A program made the translations under genes and the position numbers. Under the pieces are notes generated by a model. That model saw only the letters and a list, made by a program, of their open reading frames with translations. It searched no databases and had not been told where the DNA came from. From Azolla caroliniana (lineage: Eukaryota; Plantae; Polypodiophyta), in contig JBHGNT010000017.1 of the NCBI GenBank assembly GCA_043228905.1, positions 8,742,001 to 8,806,000 of the forward strand: a stretch of DNA of 64,000 nucleotides, given 5' to 3'. Shown here one piece after another: positions 46,501-55,684 of the stretch. Positions within the stretch are counted from its first letter, which is position 1, and each line of letters starts with the position of its first letter.

Positions 46501-49366
46501 CGTCCTTGCTTCCTAGGTTCACTTCGTCGAGCTGGGATGCTTTTACCCGTTGGGAAACGGCCATTTCCCGTTCCAATGCTTCCTGTGCTTGCCGTAATTC
46601 CCGAATCGCATCTTTGTCTGGTTCGGCTTCGGTGTCGTCGTCCCGCTGCGGCAAGTATGCGGCTACGGCTTCAGCTACATCAATCTCGAAGAGTGGTACG
46701 ATCCTCGGATGTTCCTCCAAGTACTGGGCTTCTTCGTCGTCTGCCAATCCTTCAAGCATGTTCACACATTCCGCATACAGCGGTGTGCATTCCTTACCGT
46801 TGCTCGTCCGTGGTTGTGTCGGTACCCGGACCTTGGCTTTTCCGCGCCGGAAGGTAATCATATTTTTTCGCCAATTTTGCTTGATGTGTGCTGTTTTCAA
46901 CCATGGTCTGCCCAGCAATAGTGGGTACGCGCCTTGCGCCTGTAGCTGCAGCACGACAGCCGAGATGTGAAATGTGTGGCCTCCTATGGTGACTTCCAAT
47001 TTCCGTATTAAGCCCGTCGGCCGCACCGAGCTCGTATCCGCCATCCGTAGCCAGAACGGGCATGGCTCCCATTCATGTATACCCAAGGCATCACACGTAC
47101 GGAGGCTTATTACGTTCACCCCGGAACCTCCATCGATTACTGTGCCGGGAAGTTCGTGCCCTTTGACAATAGCTGTAATCACCGGACTGCTAGTGTCCAC
47201 TACCGTCGGTCCCTCCTCCGGGTTCGAGAAGAGGACTGGTGCCGGTGGGGCTATGTCGTCTGTCATGCCCGTCTTTAGCCCTTCCGTAAATCGCGGCACG
47301 AGCTGCAAGAGTCTTCCTAACGGCAACGTGATCTGACATTCTTGCAGTGCTTGCCATGTCTCGTTTTCTGGGTGGCTACCGCCGGCACTCCCTATGGTAT
47401 TTGCCTTTTGCCGTTCCGCGTCCGCGACGTTCTTTTCATTGGCTTCCTTCACCCATTCCGTCGCCTGTTTTCGTATGGCCTCTTGTGTTTCCCACTCTTT
47501 GGCCATGCCCCTCGACCGTGTGGTTACTTGCTGTAAATCCGCCACTTCTGGAACCACCATATTAACTGCTGGTCGTTTCTCGTAGCTCTTTACCGGGCAC
47601 TGGTTACTGTAGTGGCCTTCCTGCCTGCAGTAGTAGCAGTACTCTTTACGGGTATTGCTGGATTCAGCATTGCTGGTAACCGGCGTCGGTCCCGTAGCGA
47701 GCGGTGCGTTCTGTGCCGGTTGGCTCCTTGGTGTTCCATGTTCCGGGTCCCTGGGGTGACCACCTTTCTTGAAATTACGTTTCTTATTATTCTTATTCTT
47801 ATTTCGGTAGTCCGGTCGTGGTGGATCGTAAAATCGGCCATAGTCCTCCTGGTGCCGTCGGTAACTAGGCGAATGGTCTCTGTCGTATTGCTCGTGTCGC
47901 CTGTTGGGCTCCCGATAACGGTCCGACCGCTCATACCGGTCGTAGTTATCACGCCGATTCCCGTACCGGCCGTCATTCTCTTGCCTGTCTCCGTACCGGA
48001 CATCTTGTGCCGGTGGGTACCGGTTCCCTCTTTGCCAACGATCGTCATCTTCGTCTCGGCTGCTCCTTGGCTCGATTCGTCGGACGGGTGGTGCTTGTCG
48101 ATTTAAAAGGTTGTACTCGCACCGGTCCGTTGTATGACTCTTGGATTGACAAATCACACACTGAGTGCGCATGGTGCACTCTACTGCCGAGTGTCCGGCA
48201 TTCAAGCAGATTGTGCATTGAATTGCCTGCCGGAACCGGAGATCTTCCTCGGTGGGTAACGCCCGTTGTAGTGTTCCCAGCGTAAGCCATGAGCTTGTCT
48301 TTTCCATTTCTCTGACCCGATCAATGACCTGGTCGATGGTGCATCCTCGAAAGTCGATTACCGTACACACCGTGCGTAACGGTTCCCGGAGTGCGTTTAA
48401 AAATATCGTCCGTAATTCCTCCTCCGGGGGTGCACGAGCAAGCTGGCTATGCATCCGTTGGAAACGGATGACGAATTGGGGAATGCTTTCCCCTGCCTCC
48501 TGCCGGATCGTATAAAACAGGCCCACCATTGTCGTCTGGTCGACTTCCTTGTGGAAAAAATGCAAGAATTTTGCTTTTAATTCTGCAAATGTTGTGATGG
48601 TCGCCGGGTCCTGCGACCGCCGCCATCGTGTCGCTGGTCCCTCCAACGTGACTCCGAATTCCGCTATCTTCGAGCGTTCTTCTTCCTCCGGGGTCATTCG
48701 CTGGGACGTGTGATTTGCTTCCCATGTCTGCTCGAAGTCATCCACATGCGCTTCCGCATCCGGATCATCGCGGTACTTTGAGTATTGGAACGGCATGTCG
48801 TCGTCCAGTATTAAGCCGCGGTTTAGTGGCGTTTGTTGATATTTTTCCGGTTCTTTCTCCGGTTCCACTTCCGGTTCTTCTGCCGGTACCGTTGGTGTTG
48901 GTGGCTTTGCTTCTTCCACTTCCGGTGTTGGTGGGTTGACGGCTTCCGTTTGCGGTTCCGGGTAGCCCTGGTTGAGCGGTTCCGGTTCTAGAGTCGGCAC
49001 GGTATCCGACCCGTCGTCTTCCGGGCCGCCGGGGGTATCGTTGCTGCTCCGGTAGTTCGTGTGCACGCTGTATCCCCCTTCGGAATCTGATTCGTAGGCT
49101 GAAAAGGCTTCTGCCTCGTTTTCTCCGCTTGCCAGCGCCTCCAGGAGTCGTTCGGTTTCCCGGAGACTACTTAGACTGCTTCCGTCGTCCTGGTTGCGAG
49201 TTTGCCGTAACCGGAGAGATTCCTCCGCGACTCTCCGGATCTCGTTGGAGAACGAACGATCCGAGCGAATTTCCTGCGCTGCTTGCTGGAAAGTCTCACG
49301 CCGTCTTTGCCGTTCGGCGATGCGTCGAGCTCGGTCTGTAACCAAGTCGTGCGTTGGTCTAGTCAT
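43550..49366 (-). CDS. gag-pol: B single-frame Gag-Pol polyprotein (1938 aa): capsid, 3 CCHC knuckles, PR, RT, RNase H, integrase
   Basis: VIDGGSG, FLDGFSGY, VFLDDF, DASDIAIG, GGHYAG...CDLC, WGLDFVGP, SDQGGHF and PQANGLAE. No chromodomain and no second RNase H. Confidence 0.97.
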   Translation of the reverse strand: MTRPTHDLVTDRARRIAERQRRRETFQQAAQEIRSDRSFSNEIRRVAEESLRLRQTRNQDDGSSLSSLRETERLLEALASGENEAEAFSAYESDSEGGYSVHTNYRSSNDTPGGPEDDGSDTVPTLEPEPLNQGYPEPQTEAVNPPTPEVEEAKPPTPTVPAEEPEVEPEKEPEKYQQTPLNRGLILDDDMPFQYSKYRDDPDAEAHVDDFEQTWEANHTSQRMTPEEEERSKIAEFGVTLEGPATRWRRSQDPATITTFAELKAKFLHFFHKEVDQTTMVGLFYTIRQEAGESIPQFVIRFQRMHSQLARAPPEEELRTIFLNALREPLRTVCTVIDFRGCTIDQVIDRVREMEKTSSWLTLGTLQRALPTEEDLRFRQAIQCTICLNAGHSAVECTMRTQCVICQSKSHTTDRCEYNLLNRQAPPVRRIEPRSSRDEDDDRWQRGNRYPPAQDVRYGDRQENDGRYGNRRDNYDRYERSDRYREPNRRHEQYDRDHSPSYRRHQEDYGRFYDPPRPDYRNKNKNNKKRNFKKGGHPRDPEHGTPRSQPAQNAPLATGPTPVTSNAESSNTRKEYCYYCRQEGHYSNQCPVKSYEKRPAVNMVVPEVADLQQVTTRSRGMAKEWETQEAIRKQATEWVKEANEKNVADAERQKANTIGSAGGSHPENETWQALQECQITLPLGRLLQLVPRFTEGLKTGMTDDIAPPAPVLFSNPEEGPTVVDTSSPVITAIVKGHELPGTVIDGGSGVNVISLRTCDALGIHEWEPCPFWLRMADTSSVRPTGLIRKLEVTIGGHTFHISAVVLQLQAQGAYPLLLGRPWLKTAHIKQNWRKNMITFRRGKAKVRVPTQPRTSNGKECTPLYAECVNMLEGLADDEEAQYLEEHPRIVPLFEIDVAEAVAAYLPQRDDDTEAEPDKDAIRELRQAQEALEREMAVSQRVKASQLDEVNLGSKDESKPVHIAKEMKPEDKAAMIKLLTEFRDVFAWSYEDMRGLDPQLYQHQIHLGKDAKPVAQRRYRMNPNYAAKVKEEIDKLLRVGFIRPVKKATWLSPIVVVPKKNGKIRVCVDYRKLNAATITDAFPLPFTDGVLDAVAGHEVYSFLDGFSGYNQIRMHPDDQEKTAFVTEWGVFVAEVMMFGLKTAPATFQRIIMEIFGEYIPAFMQVFLDDFAVYSRGKDHLQHLRLCLEKCRLYRLSLNPAKCIFGVSSGILLGHIVSKEGIAVDPDKVNAILGAPAPKTAKALSRFLGQIRWHSRMLRHLADLATPLHTAVHRTPFQWTETEDKAYNALKVLLSQAPVVQPPDWSKEFHVFVDASDIAIGSALMQLTEPKWYRPVYYASRKLSQAEKNYSTTEREALGMIYSVTKFRHYLLGRKFSFHVDHSALLYLVSKASLTGKLARWTLLLQEFEFEIFHRPGIQHAVADYLSRLESGEPGDGVADEFPDAELFRVTPETAADDTVASEDKWLTNMHQFLSTGLPPEEMNRDERKRLAVQSRNFCLLRDTLYHKGADGIWRRAVRSDEKEVILREAHCGVAGGHYAGEATARKVWQSGLWWPTTLKDAVKYAKECDLCQRMGQPTEQARMPHQPVLPLEPFQKWGLDFVGPFKPPAMRTGNRYVIVATDYCTKWVEAKALRDNTASSTAKFLYENIWCRYGCPIELISDQGGHFLGQVVESLTTFYAVVHKRSTPYYPQANGLAESTNKTLQNILRKIVNENRTDWDTKLNSALWAYRTAYKTSIRTTPFRLAFGLEAVMPVEFQVPSLRIQLRERLNEKKSEEMRLAALCELEEQRLASILHMELEQRRRKAFVDRHRKGNEKMFEIGKPVLVFQTRMGKMPGKLRFRWTGPYWLTREYNGSYQIGTLAGEVLGKWVNGFRLKPYKGPMPKNPFMQLTGTTPGTCPGSVRIDPEERDDGEPVAETKEDTATRKENGQGPKGPTDV

Positions 49367-49397
49367 CCATTACCGTCGTTCGCTGCGAGAAAGCAGG

Positions 49398-49411
49398 AAT
49401 CGTGGTCGCCA
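49398..49411 (-). promoter_or_regulatory. PBS of B, TGGCGACCACGATT (tRNA-Arg(UCG)-like)
   Basis: 6 nt inside the 5' LTR end. Conserved in A and C. Confidence 0.82.
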
Positions 49412-49417
49412 AAACTG

Positions 49418-49828
49418 TGTTATTCGCTTAGCCGGACAAGGCTTAACACAAGGTGTCACGGAGACACTTCACCAAAGGGTGATTACGGCATAGGATTAAG
49501 ATTCAACGATTACACCGACTTACGTAGGTTACACGATTAGATTGCTTGGTTAATTACACGCGTAAGATATAACAGTGATTACAGAACGGAAATCAAGACA
49601 GAAGTACAAACATCATAAGCTCTATTAATTATCCGCTGTCATTACAATAGGGTCCGGGCCTTTAAATAGGTTTCCGGCCCGTAGTACAAAACGGTGCCCC
49701 TCGCACCTATTCGGGATCCGTCCGGATCTGGAACGGCATACCGTTTCCAGTCCGTCCGTCCACTCTATCCTCATTTACAACCATATATAATTAATTCCGT
49801 ATTTTGGACTCCTTGCCGGCCGGTAACA
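49418..49828 (-). repeat. 5' LTR of B
   Basis: Direct repeat of 40022-40432. Confidence 0.97.
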
Positions 49829-50211
49829 TATCTTACGTGTGTATTAAGCTTAAGGATATGTTGCTTAAGTAACCGATTAAGGTCTGATTAATCGTCGGTC
49901 TATCTCTATTTCACCGTAACACCCTTTGGTGAAGTGTCTTTTGTAGACACCTGTGTTAGGCTATTGTCCGGCCCTAAGGAGTAACATAGTTTTTGGCGAC
50001 CACGATTCCTGCATAAGCGCAGCGAACGACGACGGGAATGGATGACTAGACCAACGAGCGGACCGGTTACGGATCGAGCAAGGAGACTCGCTGAGCGGCT
50101 TTGGAAGCGAGAGGCCTTCCAGCAAGCGGCGGAAGAAATTCGTTTGGATCAATCATTTTCCAAAGTGATCTGGCAAGTGGCCGAGGAGTCACTCCGTTTG
50201 CAACAAGATTT

Positions 50212-50296
50212 TGTTGGAAGCGAGGTCGTCTATGCGGAAGATCAAGGAGCATTCGATTCCTGTTTATTCCCTGCGTATGACAGATTGTATGTCGTT

Positions 50297-50336
<40 letters not shown>

Positions 50337-53300
50337 AAAAGAGTTTCTTATTGCATAAACAAATAATACAACAACCAACCTCACAAAGAGGTTACAAGGT
50401 CACTATATATAGTGACCGGCTTAGGGCAACTACCCTTTATGCTAATTACATAAATGGCCAAAACGGGATAATGTGAATACGTCCATTATACGCAGGTATT
50501 CGACACTCCCCCGTAATGGGCGTATACATGGGTTATCTAAGATTACAGGTATAGACTTAGGTTCTCGGACATATCAGCTTTGTTCCAGTCGGTAGGGTCC
50601 GAAGGCAGAAGACCGAACTGGTCGGGTCGGAACAGTGGAAGCCGATCATTAAGGAACTGATGTCGGTTGTCGGGAACCATCCTGCTCTGTGTCCGGCTCT
50701 AACCGGACTGGTTTGTCGTTACGCCCATCTGATGCCGAAGAGACCGAAAACGGTCTGCCGAAAGACACTTGGTCATTCCATCTGCGACATTATCGGTTGT
50801 AGATATTTTCTCTAGACCGATTTTCCCTGAAATGACGCAGTCCCGAACGAAATGATATCGAACGTCGATATGTTTGGAGGCGTTGTGGTGAACCGGATTT
50901 TTCGACAAGGCAACAGCACCTTGACTGTCGCTGTAGACAACTGGAGCCGAGTCATGGTCGACTTGTCGAAACGTGTGCGCCAGCCGACCGAGCCACAAAG
51001 CTTCTTTTGCTGCGTCGGACGCAGCTACATATTCTGCTTCGGTCGTTGAGGTCGCTGTGCACTCCTGAAGTTTCGACTTCCACGAGATTGCTCCATTGCC
51101 GTATTTGAAGCAGTATCCGGTTGTTGATTTCCGACTGTCTATACAGCCGGCGAAGTCCGAGTCGGTGTAACCGACTACGCTTGAGGTTCGGTTCGGACCG
51201 AAAAGAATGCCGTGATCTTTTGTGCCAGCCAGATATCTGAACACATGCTTGACTGCGTTCCAATGCAATCGGCCAGGATTGTGCATAAATCTGCTAACGA
51301 CTCCTACGGCATGAGAGATATCAGGCCGTGTCGCGACCATCAGGTACATAAGGGAGCCGACTGCCGGTGCATACGGTACCGACTTCATATCTTCCCCCTC
51401 CGGACCGGATGTCGGGCAGTCTCGCTGAGAGAGCCGAAGATTCATGGGGAGCGGGGTTGAAGCAGATTTGGCTGATTGCATGTTGAAGCGTTCCAAGACA
51501 CGTCCGATATAGTCGGTCTGAGACAAAAAGAGATGTCGTTTATCGCGATGCCGACTAATCTTCATGCCAAGGATGTGTCGTGCCGGACCGAGGTCCTTCA
51601 TGGCAAACTTCAACCGCAGTTGCCGAACGAGATCGGCAAGTTCGCCCGCGTGGCGTCCAGAAAGTAGCATGTCGTCCACGTAAATGATGAGGAAGATGGG
51701 TGATCCATCTTGAGCTGTGTTGGTGAAGAGACAATGGTCCTCATCGCTTTTGGAGAAGCCGATCGATTGGATGAAGTCGTCGAACTTCTTGTACCATTGT
51801 CGTGGTGCCTGTTTGAGGCCGTATAGACTCTTCCTGAGTCGGCAGACTAGATGTTCTTGGCCGGCGGCCACGAAGCCTTTTGGCTGCTCCATATAAATTT
51901 CCTCCTCGAGATCACCATGGAGGAAGGCGGTTTTGACATCTAGCTGAATCAGCTCCAAGTTGTCGGCGGCCACTACGCCGAGCAGAAAACGAAGGGTTGT
52001 CATTTTCACCACTGGTGAAAAAATCTCGTCGAAGTCGACGCCATATTCTTGTCGGAAGCCCTTCGCAACTAATCTGGCCTTGTACTTTGGGGTGGTCGAA
52101 TCGGACGTCTCTTTTAGTCGATAAACCCACTTGCAAGGAAGAGCACGTCGGTTCCTGGGTAATTCGACCAGATCCCAGGTCTTGTTTGCCCGAATGGAGT
52201 GCATTTCCGACTCCATCGCCAGATGCCAGGTGGCGGAATCGACAGATGTCGATGCTTCTTCGTAGGACGTCGGTTCGCCGGCGTCGGTGAAGAAAATTCC
52301 AGGAGAATACCTCTCCGGAGGTTGCGACAGTCTCTCGGATCGTCGAGGTAAGATTGGACTGGTCGCATCGGGTATCAAGGTCGGATGGTCCGAAACCGAA
52401 TCATTCGGCTGTGCCGAGTCAGAGTTGTCCGAGTCGGTAGTGTAAGGTTCAGCTACCCGTGAAGCTGACCGTGTGTTGAGAGCGGGGCCTTCTTGAAGGG
52501 TCGGCACATCGGAAAATGTTACCCTTCGGACTTCGATTGGTTTTTCGACTGATGGGTTCATGGCCGACTCGTTGAACACAACGTCCGAACTTCGAACGAT
52601 TTGTCTGCGTTCGGGGTCCCAGAGTCGGTATCCCATTTCGCCGTCGGATCCATATCCAAGGAAGATGCATTTCCTGGACCGAGGTGCAAGTTTTCGGCGA
52701 TCATCTTTCGGAATAAGGGCGTACGCCTCGCATCCGAAGATCCTCAGCTTGTCGTAATTCGGCTTACTGCCGATCCATAGTTCCTGAGGAATTTGAAGTC
52801 CTAGAGGTCTACTTGGCGACATATTGATTATGTGTACTGCCGTGAGTAGAGCCTCTGCCCAGAAGCCATCCGACAGTCGGGAGTGTTGGAGCATGGAAAC
52901 TATCCGTTCTTGGATTGTCCGATTCATTCGCTCTGCAATACCGTTTTGCTCCGGACTGTGTGGTGCCGTAAGTTCACGTCGGATGCCGCGTTGTCGGCAG
53001 AATTTGACGAATTCATCGGATTTGAACTCTCCCCCATTGTCCGTCCGAAGGCATTTCAGCTTTCGGTCGGTTTGATTTTCTACCATAGCGAGCCAATCGG
53101 AGAAGATCGAGAAGACCCGATCTTTGGTGCGAATCGGATAAGCCCACACCTTTCGAGTCGAATCGTCAACAAAAGTGACGAAGTAAGAGGCACCGCCTAG
53201 AGACTGATGCGGCATTGGGCCACAGACGTCCGAATGGACTAAATCGAGAGGTCTCGTTTCTCTTGGTGCTGATGTCGGGTGTGATGCGGCTACTTGTTTG

Positions 53301-55472
53301 CCATACTGGCAATGCTCGCAGAATTGATGGTCCGAGAAGGAGAGTTTGGGGATGTATCCGGCTCTGGATAGGTGCGTGATGCCGGCCTTGCTGAGGTGTC
53401 CTAATCTTCGGTGCCATAGTGATGACACAGGAATATCCACCAAAAACAGGTTACCCTCTCTGAGCGTAACATGTAACGGATACAAGGAGTGTATCTTAGG
53501 TCCTCTAGCAAGCAGGAGGTTCCCCCTGTGGAGTGTCCACCCTCCCGAAGAAAAACCGGCACGAATGCCGTCTTCATCTAGTTGTCCGACTGAGATCAAT
53601 GGTCTTGAGAGCTCGGGTACATGTCGGACATTGTGGAGTACAAGTGTAGAGCCACCTGCAAGGTTGAGCTCTACTGTGCCGATTCCGATGATGTCACAGT
53701 GTTGGGAGTTGCCGACCCGAACTGAGTCGGAGTGACGGATCGTATATTGCCGAAATTGGGATCGATGAGGAGTCACGTGAAATGATGCACCCGAATCTAA
53801 GAGCCATGTGCTCGATTCTTCAGTCGTGAGCAGAACTTCTGATCCGACAGGATTTTCTATTGATAGTATATTCGGGTCGTCCGGTAGTACATCAGCTGAG
53901 AAGCTGACGTAATTGATCTCCTCATGCCGGCCACTCTTCTTGTTGTTCTTGTTCTTGAGTGCGCGGCAGTCGGCTTTGATGTGTCCGGGTTTCTTGCAAT
54001 AGTTGCAGATTCGGTTATCCCGTGACTGGCTCCGTCTTCGCTGATTGTTCGGCGGTCGTGAGGAATCTCTTCCTCGTATGTTCGATCGGTCAGTCGAACC
54101 TTGTACTACGTAGGCGTCGTCTGTTGAGTCTTTGGCGAAAGACTTTCTCCGAGCTGCTTCGGTCAGGATTGCGCTCGTGACTTCGGAGTATTTAACAGCC
54201 GTGGTTGACGCGTTGCACACGGTTGTGACGAAAGTTTCCCATGATGAGGGAAGGCTGCTCATGAGTATCATTGCTCTGAGTTCATCCTCTATTGCCGTCC
54301 CCTGTGACGAGATTTGGGAGCTTATGCTTTCGTACTCATTGAGGTGTGCTTGGACCGAGTCGGATTCTTTCATCCGCAAGTTGTAGAGGCGCCGGATCAG
54401 AAACATCTTCGTTGCGGCGACCTTCTTTTCGTAAGTGTCCGACAGTGTTTTCCACAGTTCGAATGCTGTCGTACACGATTGCACCGTAAAGTATACCGAT
54501 TCCGATAGGTGCATCCGAATCGTGGCGCGGACGATTCTGTCCAGCTTCTGCCACTCAATTGGTTTGTATCCTTCTGGAGGTTCTTCATTTTCGATGGGAT
54601 CGATTTGTCCCTTGACTATGAGATAGTCCTGCATTTGCTCTTTCCAGAAGTTGAAGTTCGATCCATCGAACTTTCGTAGACTCATTTCTGACGAGCCGGA
54701 TGTTGATGCCATCAAGTTCGGTTTCGGTTGACGGAACTCGGTTCGGAGTTGACTACGAACCTTGTTGGGGTGCAGCCGGTTGGCTCACCCGATATCGTTC
54801 TAGTCGGGTTTGAACCCGAGTCGGTTCGGCTTCGGAACTTGCTCGAATTGACTCCGGTAGCTTGAGGGACAGAACCGACTGGTCTTCCCGAATGTTGCCG
54901 AGTCGAAGTGAGCCCGGTTCGCTTCGGATATATATGCCGAATACCGATTATTGAAACCGATTTTCTAGACCGATTCTGCTTCGGTTGACTGCAGCGACGA
55001 GAGAGACGGATCCAACTGATCCTCTCGAATGTCGATCAGCCTGATGAAGCACGAATTTAGGGTTGTTGTCTTGAGACCGATCTGCACCGAGTGGTTACAA
55101 CGAGCGGCGTTTGGTGACCTCTTCGAATGCCGTTTAACCGAATGGAGCACGATCGTGTCAATGATGCACAAGGGGATTTCACCTCGAGCGGTTACGATCA
55201 CAAGGAACAGAGTGCAACCTGAAGGTTTACTCCAAGCAAGAGGATCTAACGCAATGAGATGCAAACCTGGTTTTTTTTTTTTCTTCTTCTTCTTCTCTCT
55301 TCTTCGAATGACGCAGGAAACCGAATGCAAAGACGACGGCCGACAGCGGATTGAAGGACCGACTACTGTGCAGGCTCTGATACCAGATGTTGGAAGCGAG
55401 GTCGTCTATGCGGAAGATCAAGGAGCATTCGATTCCTGTTTATTCCCTGCGTATGACAGATTGTATGTCGTT

Positions 55473-55510
<38 letters not shown>

Positions 55511-55679
55511 AAAAGAGTTTCTTATTGCATAAACAAATAATACAACAACCAACCTCACAAAGAGGTTACAAGGTCACTATATATAGTGACCGGCTTAGGG
55601 CAACTACCCTTTATGCTAATTACATAAATGGCCAAAACGGGATAATGTGAATACGTCCATTATACGCAGGTATTCGACA
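50212..55679 (-). mobile_element. Element E: intact Ty1/copia (Tork/Tnt1-like)
   Basis: LTRs at 50212-50505 and 55388-55679. TSD GATTT. PBS TGGTATCAGAGC (iMet) at 55374-55385. PPT GGGGGAG at 50506-50512. Confidence 0.97.
50699..54715 (-). CDS. gag-pol: Copia Gag-Pol polyprotein (1338 aa)
   Basis: KFDGSNFNFWK, CNYCKKPGHIKADC, WLLDSGAS, VHSDVCGP, LDVKTAFLHG, SLYGLKQAPRQW, YVDDML and YTDSDFAG. Confidence 0.97.
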   Translation of the reverse strand: MMASTSGSSEMSLRKFDGSNFNFWKEQMQDYLIVKGQIDPIENEEPPEGYKPIEWQKLDRIVRATIRMHLSESVYFTVQSCTTAFELWKTLSDTYEKKVAATKMFLIRRLYNLRMKESDSVQAHLNEYESISSQISSQGTAIEDELRAMILMSSLPSSWETFVTTVCNASTTAVKYSEVTSAILTEAARRKSFAKDSTDDAYVVQGSTDRSNIRGRDSSRPPNNQRRRSQSRDNRICNYCKKPGHIKADCRALKNKNNKKSGRHEEINYVSFSADVLPDDPNILSIENPVGSEVLLTTEESSTWLLDSGASFHVTPHRSQFRQYTIRHSDSVRVGNSQHCDIIGIGTVELNLAGGSTLVLHNVRHVPELSRPLISVGQLDEDGIRAGFSSGGWTLHRGNLLLARGPKIHSLYPLHVTLREGNLFLVDIPVSSLWHRRLGHLSKAGITHLSRAGYIPKLSFSDHQFCEHCQYGKQVAASHPTSAPRETRPLDLVHSDVCGPMPHQSLGGASYFVTFVDDSTRKVWAYPIRTKDRVFSIFSDWLAMVENQTDRKLKCLRTDNGGEFKSDEFVKFCRQRGIRRELTAPHSPEQNGIAERMNRTIQERIVSMLQHSRLSDGFWAEALLTAVHIINMSPSRPLGLQIPQELWIGSKPNYDKLRIFGCEAYALIPKDDRRKLAPRSRKCIFLGYGSDGEMGYRLWDPERRQIVRSSDVVFNESAMNPSVEKPIEVRRVTFSDVPTLQEGPALNTRSASRVAEPYTTDSDNSDSAQPNDSVSDHPTLIPDATSPILPRRSERLSQPPERYSPGIFFTDAGEPTSYEEASTSVDSATWHLAMESEMHSIRANKTWDLVELPRNRRALPCKWVYRLKETSDSTTPKYKARLVAKGFRQEYGVDFDEIFSPVVKMTTLRFLLGVVAADNLELIQLDVKTAFLHGDLEEEIYMEQPKGFVAAGQEHLVCRLRKSLYGLKQAPRQWYKKFDDFIQSIGFSKSDEDHCLFTNTAQDGSPIFLIIYVDDMLLSGRHAGELADLVRQLRLKFAMKDLGPARHILGMKISRHRDKRHLFLSQTDYIGRVLERFNMQSAKSASTPLPMNLRLSQRDCPTSGPEGEDMKSVPYAPAVGSLMYLMVATRPDISHAVGVVSRFMHNPGRLHWNAVKHVFRYLAGTKDHGILFGPNRTSSVVGYTDSDFAGCIDSRKSTTGYCFKYGNGAISWKSKLQECTATSTTEAEYVAASDAAKEALWLGRLAHTFRQVDHDSAPVVYSDSQGAVALSKNPVHHNASKHIDVRYHFVRDCVISGKIGLEKISTTDNVADGMTKCLSADRFRSLRHQMGVTTNQSG

Positions 55680-55684
55680 GATTT

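Larger units (their letters stand above)
40022..49828 (-). mobile_element. Element B: intact non-chromovirus Ty3/gypsy (Athila/OTA- or Phygy/Selgy-related) with extra 3' ORF and no PPT
   Basis: 411-bp LTRs at 40022-40432 and 49418-49828, identical by eye. TSD TATCT at 40017-40021 and 49829-49833. Two long open ORFs. Confidence 0.97.
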
